A stretch of DNA of 64,000 nt, from positions 20,338,001 through 20,402,000 of the forward strand of contig NC_058369.1 in NCBI RefSeq assembly GCF_018350175.1, written 5' to 3'. Source of the DNA: Felis catus (Eukaryota). Below are positions 49,562 to 63,174 of this stretch, one piece after another (positions within the stretch are counted from its first letter, which is position 1; each line of letters starts with the position of its first letter). Below the pieces are notes generated by a model. It saw only the letters and a list, made by a program, of their open reading frames with translations. It did no database searches and was not told the origin of the DNA. Both the position numbers and the translations under genes were made by a program.

Positions 49562-50929
49562 TCAAAAAAGAAATTATTACTTCAGCTTTTTTTATTTGAA
49601 GTTTCATCTCTATTGGATAACAATAACTCACTTTTATAGTGCTTCTTCATCGTTTACACAAACATCTGAACAATCGTACTAACCTTTTCAAAGAACTGTC
49701 TTTTGGCTTTGTTGATTCTCTTGATTTGTGTATGTTTTCTTTGTAATTTCTACCTATAATAATCTTCCTTCTACTTCTAGCAGTATTTTCAAACTTCTTA
49801 AGAATGTGCTTACCTTTTTTTCCTAATAAAAACAATCAAAATTATAAATTTCCCTCTAAGTACTGCTTTAGTCCATCCTCTCACAAACATTTTGACATAC
49901 TTTATCCTACTTTATCTTGATAATCCTGTTAGGCAGAGCAGATACATTTTAGGGATGAGGAAACTGAGGCTCAGAAAGGCAAATGGCTTACTCAGTATAA
50001 CTTTACAAGAAAGTGGAGGCGCTGGGCCTTTGGTTTCCAAAGTGGTACTCCTTTTTCAAATCCATGTTGCTTCTGAGACTATAGATTCATATCATTCCCT
50101 ACCTGTAATGGGTTGCTTTCTCTCTTAGTTTGTACTTTAAGGAAAGAAGTTGATTGGTAATACTGTTGACTAGAGATGAGAGAACAATTAGAATAGCATG
50201 AGTAATGGCAAAGTAGAAGGGCAAGTATGGCATATGCTAGAGAATGGTGAGCTATCTTGTTTGATGTAGAATTGGACACATTAGGGGGATGACCAGAGTG
50301 AGACTGGAGTGGTGGCCTGGAATCAGGTTAGGAAGGAGTTTAGAATTTGTTTTATAGGCAGCATGGAATTGACGGAAGTTTTTACTGGGGAGCATTCATT
50401 AAACCTTTGATTTTTAGGAATGTTGTTTTAGCAGCATGAAGAAGAGATGGCCTATTAAATGGTGAAGACCAACTAGGTCTGTGTTAGAACTTTACAGAAA
50501 GGATTAATGAGGATTTGAACTGTTTGGATCAGTTGACCTACACAGGAGTATTAAATGGTCAGATTTGTAACAGTGGAATTTATAGGACTTGGTGACTTAC
50601 TTGATGTGTGAGGCAGGTTGAAGATGGAATAGGTAAAGCCTGGGAAGATAATGAAATCTTTACAAAGGTGGGAAGAATGGTATAGGGAGTGGGGGAATTA
50701 GAGATGTAGCTTTGCTACATTAAATTGGGGCATTATCTCCTCCTTGATACTGACCTTTGAACGTTGACTTGTGGGGTAGTAGTCTGAGAATAAGGAGACT
50801 TTGGCTCTTGGGGAGTAGAACCATGATTTTGTCTTTAAAAAGGTAGAGAGAAAACAGTGCTTTCCATTTCTAACACATTAGGGGCTCATGGCATGTTGTG
50901 AAACATTTTTGATTGGTTTTTGTTTCCCC

Positions 50930-51145
50930 TGTTTGTTTTTTTCTTTTTCTTTTAGAGACAAAGAGCAAGAGAGCGAGAGAGCATGTGCATGAATGGGGGA
51001 GAAGGGCAGAGAGAGGGAGAATCTCAAGCAGGCTCCATGCTCAGCATGGAACCTGACATGGGGCTCAATTCCCTGACCCTGGGATCATGACCTGAACTGA
51101 AATCAAGAGCATACCCTCAACTGACTGAGCCAACCCAGGCGTCCC
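50930..51145 (-). mobile_element. Can-SINE
   Basis: TSD TTCCCCTGTTT. Confidence 0.92.
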
Positions 51146-51909
51146 TCATTCCCCTGTTTTTCTTTTCTCCAGATGTCTGTGTTGAGTTTTCTCTATTCTC
51201 TTGGAATGGTGGGAGAAGTTGGATGTCAGCACCTTACGGGGTCTCTGATTATCAAAGGTAGAGGTTCAAAACCTGGTGCCTCTGGGAATTGGCTTTCCTC
51301 ATGCAAAATGTTTTTCTGGTTCAGTATTTTCTTCTAGCTCAGCTTCAGGTCCAATGTCTTGCCCCAGATAAAGTACTTAGAAATATGTAGATGAAGGGAA
51401 CTCCTAGAATAATCTAGTCTTTACAAAAAAAGTTCATTTTCAGTTGCTGCTTAATGTGTATTCCAGTGGATGTATAAGTGTCGCACAGCTGGTATCTGTT
51501 ACAGAGTCCTATGTTTACGTGGCTTTGTTAAAAGATCTTTCTTTGCCTTGGTGGTTCATTAGCACATTTGTTTTCCTCAGCATCACTCCACTGTAAGCCT
51601 TCAGTGCAACTGTAAGTGATGGAGTTTAGACCAAGAGATATTTTCAAGGGTTTTCCTGTCTATACAAATGGCAAAGATCTTAACATCTGTTTCCCCAAGG
51701 TAGCTTCTTGTCCTCTTGCAGCAGGGAGACGGGGAGAAAAATAGCAAGAAACCTGGTCCTGAATATGCACTAGTGGTTGGGTGGGTGGAGGGGATGCTTA
51801 AAATTTAAACTATTAACAAGGACTTCATGTGTTTCTTATTAACATTCATCTGGATTAATGGATCCAATTCCTGATTTCACTTGTTCTCCAAGTGAATAAT
51901 GAATCTTAG

Positions 51910-52130
51910 TTTAAAAAAAAATTTTTTTTTAAGTTTATTTATTTTGAGAGAGACGGAGACAGCATGAGTGGTGGAAGGACACCTAGAGAGGGAGAGAAAG
52001 AATCCCAAGTGGGCTCCACGCTGCCAGTACAGAGCCCAATGTGGGGCTTGAACTCACAAAGCAGTGAGATCATGACCTGGGCCAAAACCAAGAGTCAGAC
52101 GCTTAACCAACTGAGTCACCCAGGCACCCC
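51910..52130 (-). mobile_element. Can-SINE
   Basis: TSD TGAATCTTAGTT. Confidence 0.94.
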
Positions 52131-53786
52131 TGAATCTTAGTTAATAATATGATTCCCCTTTCCATTACCACTTGCACTTCTTTTAGGCTACCTTTATTCT
52201 TGTGAAATATTTGCAAGGAAAAGCCAGATGTCCCATTTCTTTCCTACAGTATTTTTACTCTATTACCTGTGCCAGTTTCTCTGGTCTTTGCTTGGTTCTC
52301 CAGGAGGATTCTGGGGCCACCACCACTCTTTTCTTCTGAGAGCATTCTACTCATCCAAGCTGTTTGGCCCATGTTGTGAACAGCCTCATTAACCTAACAC
52401 AAGAGTAGGGTTTTTCTAATGGAATATTACTAGAAAACAAACCAAAGCCCCAGCCAGAAACTGCAGACTTAAAGAACTTATTTGTTACTCTAAGAATGAT
52501 TGCCTGCCAAAGGGTTTCATTTCCAAACTCATTTCCTCAGGCCGTGGTAGGCATACTGGGAGTTTATGAAGCTTCAGGATGAACATGACAAACCTTGTTG
52601 GAGTGCCAGTTTTATCAGGAGATAGGTGGAGTGGTGTTGGGGGTTGGGGGTTAGTACTTTGGTAAGGAATTTTAAAAAATTGTAATAAAAATTAGGCATA
52701 GAAAATAATTCATATGCATTTTTAAGGTAAAATAAGATTTGTTTTTTTTCAAATAAATTTCAGAGTTTAGAATTTTGGATCGTGCCATGAGAGTCCCCAA
52801 GGGATAAGAACGTTTTCTGCAGACATTCAGGACTCGTCAGTGGAAAAGTTTGAGAGGCCCTGGCTTAAGTTAATCAAGATCTGGACACAGACTGCCTTGA
52901 TGGGCACATCTTTTTAGAACATGAAGGCCTTCTTTTTTTGTTGTTTTATTCTTGTCTGTTTTACATGGCATATCAGGATACTGAGATCCTGGAACTGGAG
53001 CTAGATATGTTCCTTCTGGAACCTGCTTCATAGCCATCTTATTGACAGAAAGCTAACCTCCTGAATATCAACTTTGGCCTCAGGCTGACCTCCTTCACCT
53101 TAGACCACTGAGTAGGGAAAGCTGATCTTCTCAACCTCTGGATCTCTGCCTTTCCTGCAGAGAGTTTGCTTTGTGCTTTTTCACTGACCCCTTTCTATTT
53201 GTCCTCTTTGCTTACAATGTAAAGAATTAGGGGTAAAGTGTTCTAGGCAGAGGGCCAGAGCAAAGGCCCTGGTGTGGGAACGAATTTGCTGTTTAAGAAT
53301 CAGGAACATAGAGGCCATGGTGGCTGGAGCGTAGAGAATAGAGGCCAGAGTGGTCTGGGATGAGATAGGGAGGGCCTGAGCATGTAGGGCCAGCGGTAGC
53401 AGTTTGAGATATACCCAAACCCTGGTTTTATTCGTTTGGGTTCCAACATGCTTTTTCAGATTCTCACCGCGAGTTCTGGACATATCATTAAACAGTAGCG
53501 TCTGCAGGAAAAGTCATGCTCTCTAAACAGCTGGAAGTGGAAGAGGTGTAGGGGAGCTTCCAGAAATTGAACTAAGATCAGAGTGGGTGGGGTGATTTCA
53601 GCAACCTAATGGGAACTCTAACCAATGTTTTCTCCCTCCAATGGAAGCCCCCAGGGCCCTTCAGAAGGCAGCATAGTCTCTGGAGTTGTAGTTTTCACCA
53701 TTTTTTATGACCTTTCTGTTACATTAGACATTCTTAGTTTAAGCCTAGATTTCTTCCTTTTCTAAGAATAGTTTTTAAAGGAAATA

Positions 53787-53999
53787 TTTATTTATTTATT
53801 TTGAGAGACGGAGCGTGCACATGTGCACTCCCGTGTGAACCAGGGAGGGGCAGAGACAGAGGGAGAGAGAGAATCCTAAGAAGGCTTGGCGCTCTTGGTG
53901 CAGAGCCCAACACAGGGCTCAATCGGATGAACCGTGAGACCATGACCTGAGCCGAAATCAAGAGACGATGCTTAACTGACTGAGCCACCCAGGCATTCC
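53787..53999 (-). mobile_element. Can-SINE
   Basis: Can-SINE motifs. Confidence 0.92.
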
Positions 54000-54371
54000 T
54001 AGATCCATTTTTAAAAATTTAGTGTGATAGAATCCATTCCTGTTGTTCATTTTAATACTCCAATTGTCCTGGGTTTGGCTAGTGGGAGCTCATTTCAGCT
54101 GACTTCAGTATTCCTTTGACATGTTCCCTACAATTTGTGAGCACTTCCTTTTCTTTCTGGTACAACGGTGTTCCAAGCCTAGCTTGTATCTTCTCTGTTC
54201 TGACCTGGGAATTGGCCTTTTCTCCAAACTCCTGGTTTCTTTTAGAGGGAAATGGTATTTAGAAACCAAGATCTGGGCTATACATATGCTCATTACTACT
54301 AGGATATCATTGATTGTTGGCTCTTTTGGTCTCTAGAGCTAGGAAATACATTTATTTAAAAAATTGTGTTC

Positions 54372-54532
54372 AGGGACATCTGGGTGGCAGTTAAGCGTCT
54401 GACTTCAGCTCAGGTCATAATCTCGTGGCTCATGGGTTTGAGCCCTGCATTGGGCTCTGTGCTGACACGGTGAAGCCTGCTTCAGATCCTCTGTCTCCCT
54501 CTCTCTCTGCCCCTCCTCATTCATTCTCTTAT

Positions 54533-54583
<51 letters not shown>

Positions 54584-54620
54584 AATAAAAAAAAATAAAA
54601 CTTAAAAAAATAAATTAAAA
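54372..54620 (+). mobile_element. Can-SINE with long (CT)n
   Basis: TSD-like TTAAAAATTGTGT. Confidence 0.93.
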
Positions 54621-54909
54621 ATTGTGTCATAACAGTGCTCTTAATTTTACTCCTTCTCCCATTCCTTATCTGTATCTCCCTTTTCACCCAGTGAGAACCT
54701 GGTTCCCAGTAGCATCACGGTATTTATTCATTTGTTCAATTGTACAGTGCACTCAAAATAGTTTCAGATATCCACTACAAACAATAAGTCTAAAGTTCAA
54801 GATTATTTTTGCAATTTTTTTTCCTTTTAATATATCTCACTTAAGCTGCATAGACAGAGTACTATATTGTCAAAAAGTTTACTTGGATTTTTGTTTGTTT
54901 TTCCAACTT

Positions 54910-55125
54910 ATCAAGGTTTAATTGTATACTGTGTATATACCCTTAAAACTATCATCAAGTTAGTGAGCATATTTGTCACCCCTGAAAGTTTCCTCATCCC
55001 CTTTTGAAGTCCTTCCCTCCCCTCCCTGCCTTCCAACCCTGTCTCTAGTGAACCATTGATCTGCTTTCTGCCCTTATTGATTAGTTTATATTTTATAGAA
55101 TTTTGGTATAAATGAAACCACATAG
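54910..55125 (-). mobile_element. Old L1M 3' end fragment
   Basis: ATATTTGTCACCCCTGAAAGTTTCCTCATCCCCTTTTG...CCATTGATCTGCTTTCTG is typical of L1MB/MC 3' ends. Confidence 0.7.
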
Positions 55126-57046
55126 TGGTTTTGTTAACGAAGTGGATATGGATTGTGTGAAAGAAAGAAGGTAAGGATCAATCCCAAAGTTTTTGGATTG
55201 AACAGCTTGAAGATGCCATTTTCTGAGCTTGGAAAGATTGGGGGAGAGGCACAGAATGGGGACAGACAGAAGTGTAGTTTTAGAGACATGTTAAGTTTGA
55301 CATGTCTTATGGCTCCAAGCTAAGATGTTGAGAAGGCAGTTAGTTAGATTACTGAGTTGAAGTTCAGAAGAGAAGTCTACATTGAAGATAAAAACATGGG
55401 CTATTTCTGTATATAAATGGTACTTATGACATGGGACAGGATGAGATCATCCCAGGAATAAGAGAAGTAATCTGAGTGACTAAGCACTGGACACTCAGCA
55501 GTGGGGAGGGTGATAAAGAGGGTCTAGGAAAGAAGACTGAGAAGAAATGGCCACTGACGTAGTAGGAGACCCAAGAGAAAAGTGCTATGGTGGCTTAAAA
55601 AAAAAAAAAAAAACAGTTTCAAGGAGGAAGTGATCAACTTCGTTAGTTAAAGGCTAGCAATAACCAGGGTAGTATGAGGAGTAAGAATTGACTGCTGGAT
55701 ATTTGTAGTATTTGCAAATCAATCAACATGATACATCACATTAGTAAGAGAAAGGATAAAAACCTTATCATCATTTCAATAGATGCAGAAAACGCATTTG
55801 ACAAAGTAGAATATTCATTCATGATAGAAACCCTCAAGGAAGTAGGTTTAGAGGGAGCATACCTCAACATAATAAAGGCCTTGTATGTAAAACTCACAGT
55901 TAACATCATCAGTGGGGAAAAACTGAGAGCTTTTTCCCTAAGGTCAGGAACAAGACAAAGATGTCTACTCTCACCACTTTTGTTCAACATAGTACTGGAA
56001 GTCCTAGCCATAGCAGTCAGACAACAAAAAGAAATAAAAGGAATCTACATCAGTAAGGAAGAAGTAAAACTTACATTATTTGCAGATGACATAATACTAT
56101 ATATAGAAAACCCTAAATACTCCACCAAAAAACTACTAGAACTGATAAATGAATTCAGTAAGGTCACAGGATACAAAATCAATATACAGAAATCTGTTGC
56201 ATTTCTATACACTAATAATGAAGCAGCAGAAAGAGGAATTAAGAAAACAATCCCATTTACAATTGTAAAAAAAAAAAAAAAAAGTCGCCTAGGAATAAAC
56301 TTAACCAAAGAGGTGAAAGACCTGTACTCTGAAAACTATAAGATATTGATGAAAGAAATTGAAGACGACAAAAAGAAATGGAAAGGCATTCTGTGCTCAT
56401 GGATCAGAAGAACAAATATTGTTAAAATGTCTATACTACCCCAAACAATCCACAGATTTCATGCAATCCCTCTGAAAACACCAACAGCATTTTTCACAGG
56501 ACTAGAACAAATAATCCTAAAATTTGTATGGAACCAAGAAAGACCTCAAACAACCAAAGCAGGCTTGAAAAAGAAAATAATTTGAGGTATCACAATTTCA
56601 GACCTCAAGTTATATTACAAAGCTATAGTAATCAAAACAGTATGGTAATGGAACAAAAAATAGACACACATATCAATGGAAAGAATAGAAAGCCTAGAAA
56701 TAAATGCACAATTGTATGGTCAATTAATCTTTCACAAAGGAGGAAAGAATATACAATGGGAAAAAGACAGTCTTTTCAACAAATGGTGTTAGGAAAATTG
56801 GACAGCTACATGCAAAAGAATGAAACTGGACCACTTTCTTATACCATACACAAAAACAAATTTTAAATGGATTAAAGACCTAAATGTGAAACCTGAAACC
56901 ATAAAAATCCCAGAAGAGAACACAGGCAGTAATTTCTCTGACATTGGTTGTAGCAACATCTTTCTAGATGTGTCTACTGAGGCAAGGAAAACAAAAGCTA
57001 AAATAAATTATTGGGACTACATCAAAATAAAAATCGTCTGCACAAC

Positions 57047-57258
57047 AGGGGTGCCTGGGTGGCTCAGTCAGTTAAGTGTCTGATTCGGTTTTGGCTCAGG
57101 TCATGATGTCTCATGAGTTCAAGCCCTGCATCAGGCTCTGTGCTGATGGCATGGAGCCTGCTTGGTATTCTTTCTCCCTCTCTCTCTGCCCCTCCCCTGC
57201 TCTCTCTCTCTCTCTCTCAAAATAGATAAATAAACCTACAAAAACAATTTTTTAAAAA
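57047..57258 (+). mobile_element. Can-SINE inserted into L1 copy D
   Basis: Degenerate TSD ATC(G/T)T(C/T)TG(C/T)ACAACA; L1 resumes afterwards. Confidence 0.93.
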
Positions 57259-57394
57259 AGATCTTTTGTACAACAAAGGAACCAACCAACAAAACTGAAA
57301 GACAATCTACTGACTGGGAGAAGAAATTTGTAAATGATATATCTGATAAAGTGTTAGTACCCAAAGTATATAAAGAACGTATACAGCTCAACAC

Positions 57395-57428
<34 letters not shown>

Positions 57429-57435
57429 GTAATAA
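57395..57435. repeat. (TAA)n microsatellite inside L1 copy D
   Basis: Read directly. Confidence 0.95.
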
Positions 57436-58476
57436 AAAATGGGTAGAAGAGATGAATAGACATTTCTTCAAAGAAGACATCCAGATGGCCAAGATGCTTA
57501 ACATCACTCATCATCGGGGAAATGCAAATTAAAACCACAATGAGATATCACCCCACACCTGTCATAATGGCTAAAATGAAAAACACAAGAAACAAGTGTC
57601 AACAAGGATGTGTAGAAAAAGGAACCCTCGTGCACTGTTGCTGGAAATGCAAACTGGTACAGTCACTGTGGAAGACAGTATGGCGTTTCCTCAAAAAATT
57701 AGAGAACTACCCTATGATCCAAGAATTGAACTACTGGGTATTTACCCAAAAAATAGAAAAGCACTGGCTCAAAAAGATACATGGATCCTTTGTTTATTGC
57801 AGCATCACTTACAATGGCAGCAGCCCAAGTGTTCATCAGTAGATGAATGAATAAAGAGGATGTAATGTGTATACACACACATACATACAATGGAATATTA
57901 TTCAGCCACAAAAAGAACAAAATCTTGCCATTTGTAATAACATGGATGGATCTAGAAATGTAATGCTAAGCAAAATAAGCCAGTCAGAGAAAGACAAATA
58001 TTATATTATTTCATTCATGTGGAATTTAAGAAACAAGACAAAAGAAAAAAAAAGACACAAACAAAAAAACAGACTCTTAACTATAGAGAACAAACTGATG
58101 GTTGCCAGAGGGGATGTGGTTGGGGGCATGGGTGAAATAGGTGAAGGGGACTAATAATACACTTATCTTGATGAGCACTGAATAATATATGGAATTGTTG
58201 AATCACTGTAATGTACACCTAAAACTGATATAACACTGTTAATTACACTGGAATTAAAATTAAAAGAGAATTGGCTGTCAGATTTAGCAGTGTGGGCGAC
58301 CTTGGTGACCTTGATGAGCATTTCAGTGCCATGATAGGGGCTAAAATAAGAACAGGTGGAGAGGAATTGGAGACCCTAAGAATAGACAAGTTTTTTGAGG
58401 GGTTTTGCTATACAAGGAAACAAAAAGAAGAAGCAATAAATGAGGGGGTATTTGAGGTCAAGGAAAGGCTTTTTTA

Positions 58477-58662
58477 GAGGTGCCTGAGTGGTTCAGTTGG
58501 TTGAGCATCTGACTCCTGATTTCGGCTCAGGTCATGATCTCACGGTTCATGGGATCCAGCCCCATGTTAGGCTCTGTGCTGACAGTGTGGAGCCTGCTTG
58601 GGATTCTCTATCTCTCCCTCCCTCTCTCTCAAACAAATCTAAAAAACATTAAAAATAAAAAG
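58477..58662 (+). mobile_element. Can-SINE
   Basis: TSD GAAAGGCTTTTT. Confidence 0.92.
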
Positions 58663-59529
58663 AAAGGCTTTTTTAAAAGTTAAAAAGTTTTATCCTTCTA
58701 ACTTTTTGCCAGTGGGGCTTATCAGGTAGGGAGGGAGAAATGGATGACACAGTATAGTTGGGGGCAGTCCATACTGGCTCAAGCCAAGACCTGGGAAAAA
58801 TCCTTTACCTCAGCATGTTAGTGTGTAATAGAAAGGAACACCCCTCAGGGCAAGGTAATCATCTTCCTCTAAATTTTTGTATCTTGGGCAAGACCTTGCT
58901 GAGCCTTCAGGTTCACTTCTGCAAGATGAAATTCTGCAACCTGAACTCTAGATCTGTTGTTTTCTCATTCTGGATGAAGACGTGGAAGTATGGGCATGTT
59001 TTTAGGAACAAAGAGGAATCACCAAAGTGGAGAAAAGGGCTGTGAATCTACATGGAAGGCCAGTTTAGCCATGTGACTTGAATGCAAGACAGACAGTATA
59101 AATAGCTCTCTATTGCATTTTAGCATTTTTTTCTCAACTTAGATGACCAGCACCAGTCCTTAAATTACAGATTCACGACAGATCTTTTTATTCTGTATTT
59201 GTTTTATCCTCTTCCCTTCCCCAGAAAGTTGTATCACCTCTTCCTGAGACAAGTTGGATATCTGTTGTTGGACTGATTTTTTAGAGTAGCCTAAATCAAG
59301 AATTTAGGGTGACTTCTTACTAGAAATGAAGTAGTGCCAATTTTGCAACCATTTCCTGTCCTTTTCTGTGTGCCAGGCTTAAAGACACAAAGGTGCAGAG
59401 TTCGGGTGTGCTGGGGGCAGAAGATTGTTTGTAAATCTGTGGCAGGAAAGCATGTCAGATGTTGACCCAGTTGTTCAGAGTGACTTTGTAGGACCTTCAA
59501 CCCTCTTTCCCAATAATCCAGGGGGTGGG

Positions 59530-59712
59530 AACTTCTGACTGTGAGTTTAATTTGCATTTCCCTGATTATTTAAGATGTTAGGCTTTTTCTATATGCTTAT
59601 GACCATTTTCAGTCTTGTAAAGTGTCTGAACACATTTTTTGGAACATTTTTCTTTCCTTTCATCTATTTCTTATTGATTGGAATTCTTCATATCTGGTTA
59701 TGAGTCTTATTG

Positions 59713-59755
<43 letters not shown>

Positions 59756-60160
59756 CTTTTCCTTCTATATTGCTTGGTTTTTCACTTTTAATTGTGTTTT
59801 GTGGGGCTTATTTTGCAGTTGTATGCTCCTTTTTATATTGTATTTTTGATGAATAGATGTTTTAATTATAATGAAATAAAATTTATTTTTACCCTTTATG
59901 TTTAGTGCTTTAGTGCTTCCCCAAGGTCATGAAGATATTGTTATTTTTTAGAAGCTTTAAATGTTTTACCTTCACATTTAGGTCAGTGATCCATCGTGAA
60001 TTGATTTTTGTATGGTGTGAGGTAGGGGTCAAGGTTCATCCTTCTCATTTCCAAATATGATTATCTAATTGATTCAGCATTCTGCATTGCATTTTCCTGT
60101 ACCTTTTGTTATAAACTGAGGCACAGTACATACATAGCTGTCTCTGAACTCTATTTTTTT
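59530..60160 (-). mobile_element. Degenerate old L1M ORF2 fragment containing a (CA)n repeat
   Basis: TTTAATTTGCATTTCCCTGATTA...; CCTTCACATTTAGGTCAGTGATCCATCGTGAATTGATTTTTGTATGGTGTGAGGTAGGGGTC. Confidence 0.75.
59717..59754. repeat. (CA)n microsatellite
   Basis: Read directly. Confidence 0.97.
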
Positions 60161-60199
60161 CCCACATAACTTTCAGGGAAATGGGAATAGAGGGGAAAT

Positions 60200-60390
60200 T
60201 ATGCAGTGTGGTGGCTAAGAGCATGAACTCTGGAGACAGATCAGTCACCTGGGTTTAGATCCTATCTTTACTACTTAATGGCTTTTTGAGCAAATTTCCT
60301 TATCTGTAAAATGGGAATAATGGTAGCACTATCTACTTAATAGGGCTGTTTTGAGGACTGAATGAGTTAATGTTTATAGTATTTGTAATG
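60200..60390 (+). mobile_element. MIR remnant
   Basis: GTGGTGGCTAAGAGCATGAACTCTGGAG...TATCTGTAAAATGGGAATAAT...AGGACTGAATGAGTTAAT. Confidence 0.8.
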
Positions 60391-61529
60391 GCCTTGGACA
60401 TGACTGGGGATGCAGTGCATGGGATCCAAATCTAGTAGGGCTCACTGCAGACCTGGTGCTGGGCCTGTAGCTATTCACCAGCTACTTTGTCTGCCCTGAC
60501 TTCACAGTTCCCAGCAATCCTCCTGAAGGAGTGTCTTTAAGTGTTTTGTAAATTGTATTCTGAAGTCTTATAGTAGTCTTTGGTCCAATTTAGAGTACAG
60601 AAGCAGGATGTGCCAGGTTTGAATAAAATTCCCCAAACAGCGTACCAAGAGAGAAAGCATCAGTTACTAACCTTGTCTCCCCAGATATATTGACAGGCAC
60701 TGCAGCCTAACAATGTTGAGCACATGCTGAAATAAAAATAAAAAGGAAGAAACCTAGAGATGGTCTTCTATAGGCTTTTAGGCAGAGACCTGAAAGAGAA
60801 TATGGGTTACAATTAAATTAGAATCTAACACATCCCTGTTAGATAAGGAAATGAGAAAAGAGGGACACAGCATCTGCAAAGGCCCAGAGCCTCTGAGAGC
60901 ACCATGCTTTTGAGGCTAGAGAACATGGAACTGAGAGTGGGTGGGTGGAGGGAGGTTTTTGGTAGTCAGGTAGTGAGCTAGCAATCAGGAAAGGCATGAA
61001 GGATTTCAGATTTTATCCTAAGAGCAGAAGGGATAGTTTTAAAGTGTTTTAACAGATCCTGGGTGGGTGGAGACTGTGACTAGAACGGATTCACAAAGCT
61101 CACTCTTTCTGCAGTGTGGATTGCAGGGAGGCAGGGAGACTCTGGAGGCCAGAGCAAGAATCCAGACCAGGTAGTACAGTGGTGTGGAGAGAAGAAGAGA
61201 GGGATATTTAGGTAACTTCTTAGGGCACAGAATTCATGACTGAATATGAGGAGATGAGAGAAAGCAAGAATGAATGAAGCTTTTTTCCCTTGATGGTCAC
61301 TGAGTGTGGTGGAGGTCTAGAGAGTTGCTACTCTGTGGGGTGTGGGATGCTGGGAGAGCTACTACGGAATGCTCTTCCACTATAGAGACTTTGTGCTTAT
61401 GTTCTTAGCCACTCTTCTTTTAATTGTCCCCTTCACCCATTAGGAAGCAAGGCTGTTGTGTAATGTGCTCCTGGATAAGTACATATTTTCTTTGCATTTT
61501 CTACAGCCCCAAGGAAAAGGTTTGTTGTT

Positions 61530-61663
61530 TTATTTTTATTTCTTAAATTAAATTTAATTAATTAATTAATTTTTAAGTAATCCCTGCACCCAACATGGGG
61601 CTCAGACTCATGATCCCAAGATCAACAGTCTCATGCTCTACTGACTGAACCAGCCAGGCATCC
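61530..61663 (-). mobile_element. Short-type Can-SINE
   Basis: TSD TTGTTGTTTTATTTTTA. Confidence 0.9.
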
Positions 61664-63174
61664 TTGTTGTTTTATTTTTAATATGATCAGCCAGAAAGGG
61701 CCTTACCAGTCTTTCTTTGGTCAGAGCAACTCTCTAACCTTTAGCATTCATGGAGTTAACATTTAAGGTTCCAGCCAATGAGACTATTCCAAGAGTCTGT
61801 AATCTGCACTAGTTTATTATTTTGCCAAGGCATGACTTTTAATGATGCTCTCTTCAGGTTGGGGTGTGGAGAGTGAGTCCTGTCCTGTCCTGTCCTCCAG
61901 AGCATCTGCTCCTCAACCTACCCTGTTCTCTGCTCTCAGATCAGAAATTCTGACGGGATTGTTTAAATGTTTCAGTTGTACATGAATGCATTTTGTGGAA
62001 GAAATTATGTGCTGTAGCAGTACTCTCTACTTTGGGCATTTTGCAAAGGTATCTTCTCTCTTGCCTCCTGTGCTTTCCCTTCATGTCTGTTGTGAAGTCT
62101 GATTTGACGCTTTGCTTGTGAAACCCTACTCTTTGTTCACAGCCTTTTCTCACCTAATGAATCCTTCTGGGAATTTGAGGTTTTATTTTTTGTGGTTGGT
62201 AGCCTCAATACATCAAAATGTTCATGAGTAGAATGAAAAAGTAAAAGTTCTGTTGATTGACCTTCCCCCACCTCCTCCCTGCAATACAGATCCCTAGCAC
62301 GCTTTTGTTTGTCCATTGGACCAGCTTTACTGTCTTCTAGGTTAACAGACACAAGTAACACATTTTGAAGGATTATCACCTTAGTGTGTGTACACAAGTC
62401 CTCTCTCAAAAGACACAGAATGAGCTTTTGCTATTTCTCTTTGCTCATTCCCTCTTAAAAGAGGCAGCACTTAATGCCATCCTAGTTTTCTCTTGCTTGT
62501 TGTGGACACCCTTACATAGGAGTCCTAGTGGAGTTTGCATGTTATGGAAAGATTTGTATGTTATTCTGTGCTTCTGCCACCATTTAAAGTGGGTTTGCAG
62601 GCAGGAGAATGGGTGTGGGGTTTTGCCAGCCTGAGATCCAGAGGGAGGGGCAACAGTTCCCCAAGGCCACAAACAGGCTTATTCTCTTCATTCTTCTTTT
62701 AGAACCCCCACTTGGATGATGCTGAGATCCTGTTTTCCCCTCTTACACTCAGCTGTCAGGTTCAGTGGGGATGCCTGGAGATTGCTTTCTAGCCTCCTTG
62801 AGAGAGGCTGCCAATTGGAGTCCTCACAGAAGAGCAGGAAGCCCAGCATGGACTGACATGTCCCTTGAACCAGCTCCAGTCTTGACACTTCTCTCTGGTT
62901 ATATAACATCAAGCAGCTGCAGCTTCCAGAACCACTTTATTCCTTATAGTGCTGAATGGCAGGTGGAGGAAGCACTGACCCTTTAGTGATCCTGAAGTTT
63001 CCAGGAATAATTTGCTTGAGTATTTAATTCTATTTTTATTTCTCCCATGTTTGCATCACTCATACTTTGGGAAATAAGCAAGGCAATAGTCCATTGCTTC
63101 AGTCTTCCCACTAAGGTCCTTAGCCTAGTCCCTATTTATTGATTGATTTATTTATTTAGGGTGATGTTTTTTAG

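Larger units (their letters stand above)
55705..58265 (+). mobile_element. 5'-truncated carnivore L1 (copy D, a different, older-looking subfamily), sense to the host gene
   Basis: ORF 55728-56585 contains RT motifs ([22 protein letters not shown]); C-terminal [17 protein letters not shown]; several frameshifts; distinct 3' UTR. Approximate TSD AGAATTG(A/G)CTG near 55684 and 58267. Confidence 0.95.
55130..58470 (-). mobile_element. L2 remnant split by L1 copy D (segments ~55130-55700 and ~58266-58470)
   Basis: L2-like phrases: GACATGTTAAGTTTGACATGTC and GAGTTGAAGTTCAGAAGAGAAGTC before the L1, GATTTAGCAGTGTGGGCGACCTTGGTGACCTTGA after it. Confidence 0.6.

Noticed and set aside
23385..58154. 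Reverse-transcriptase-like ORFs (386, 285, 218, 176 aa) as an active or novel RT system
   Set aside because: Ordinary L1 ORF2 fragments: 5'-truncated, no ORF1 or promoter, with stops, frameshifts and SINE interruptions.
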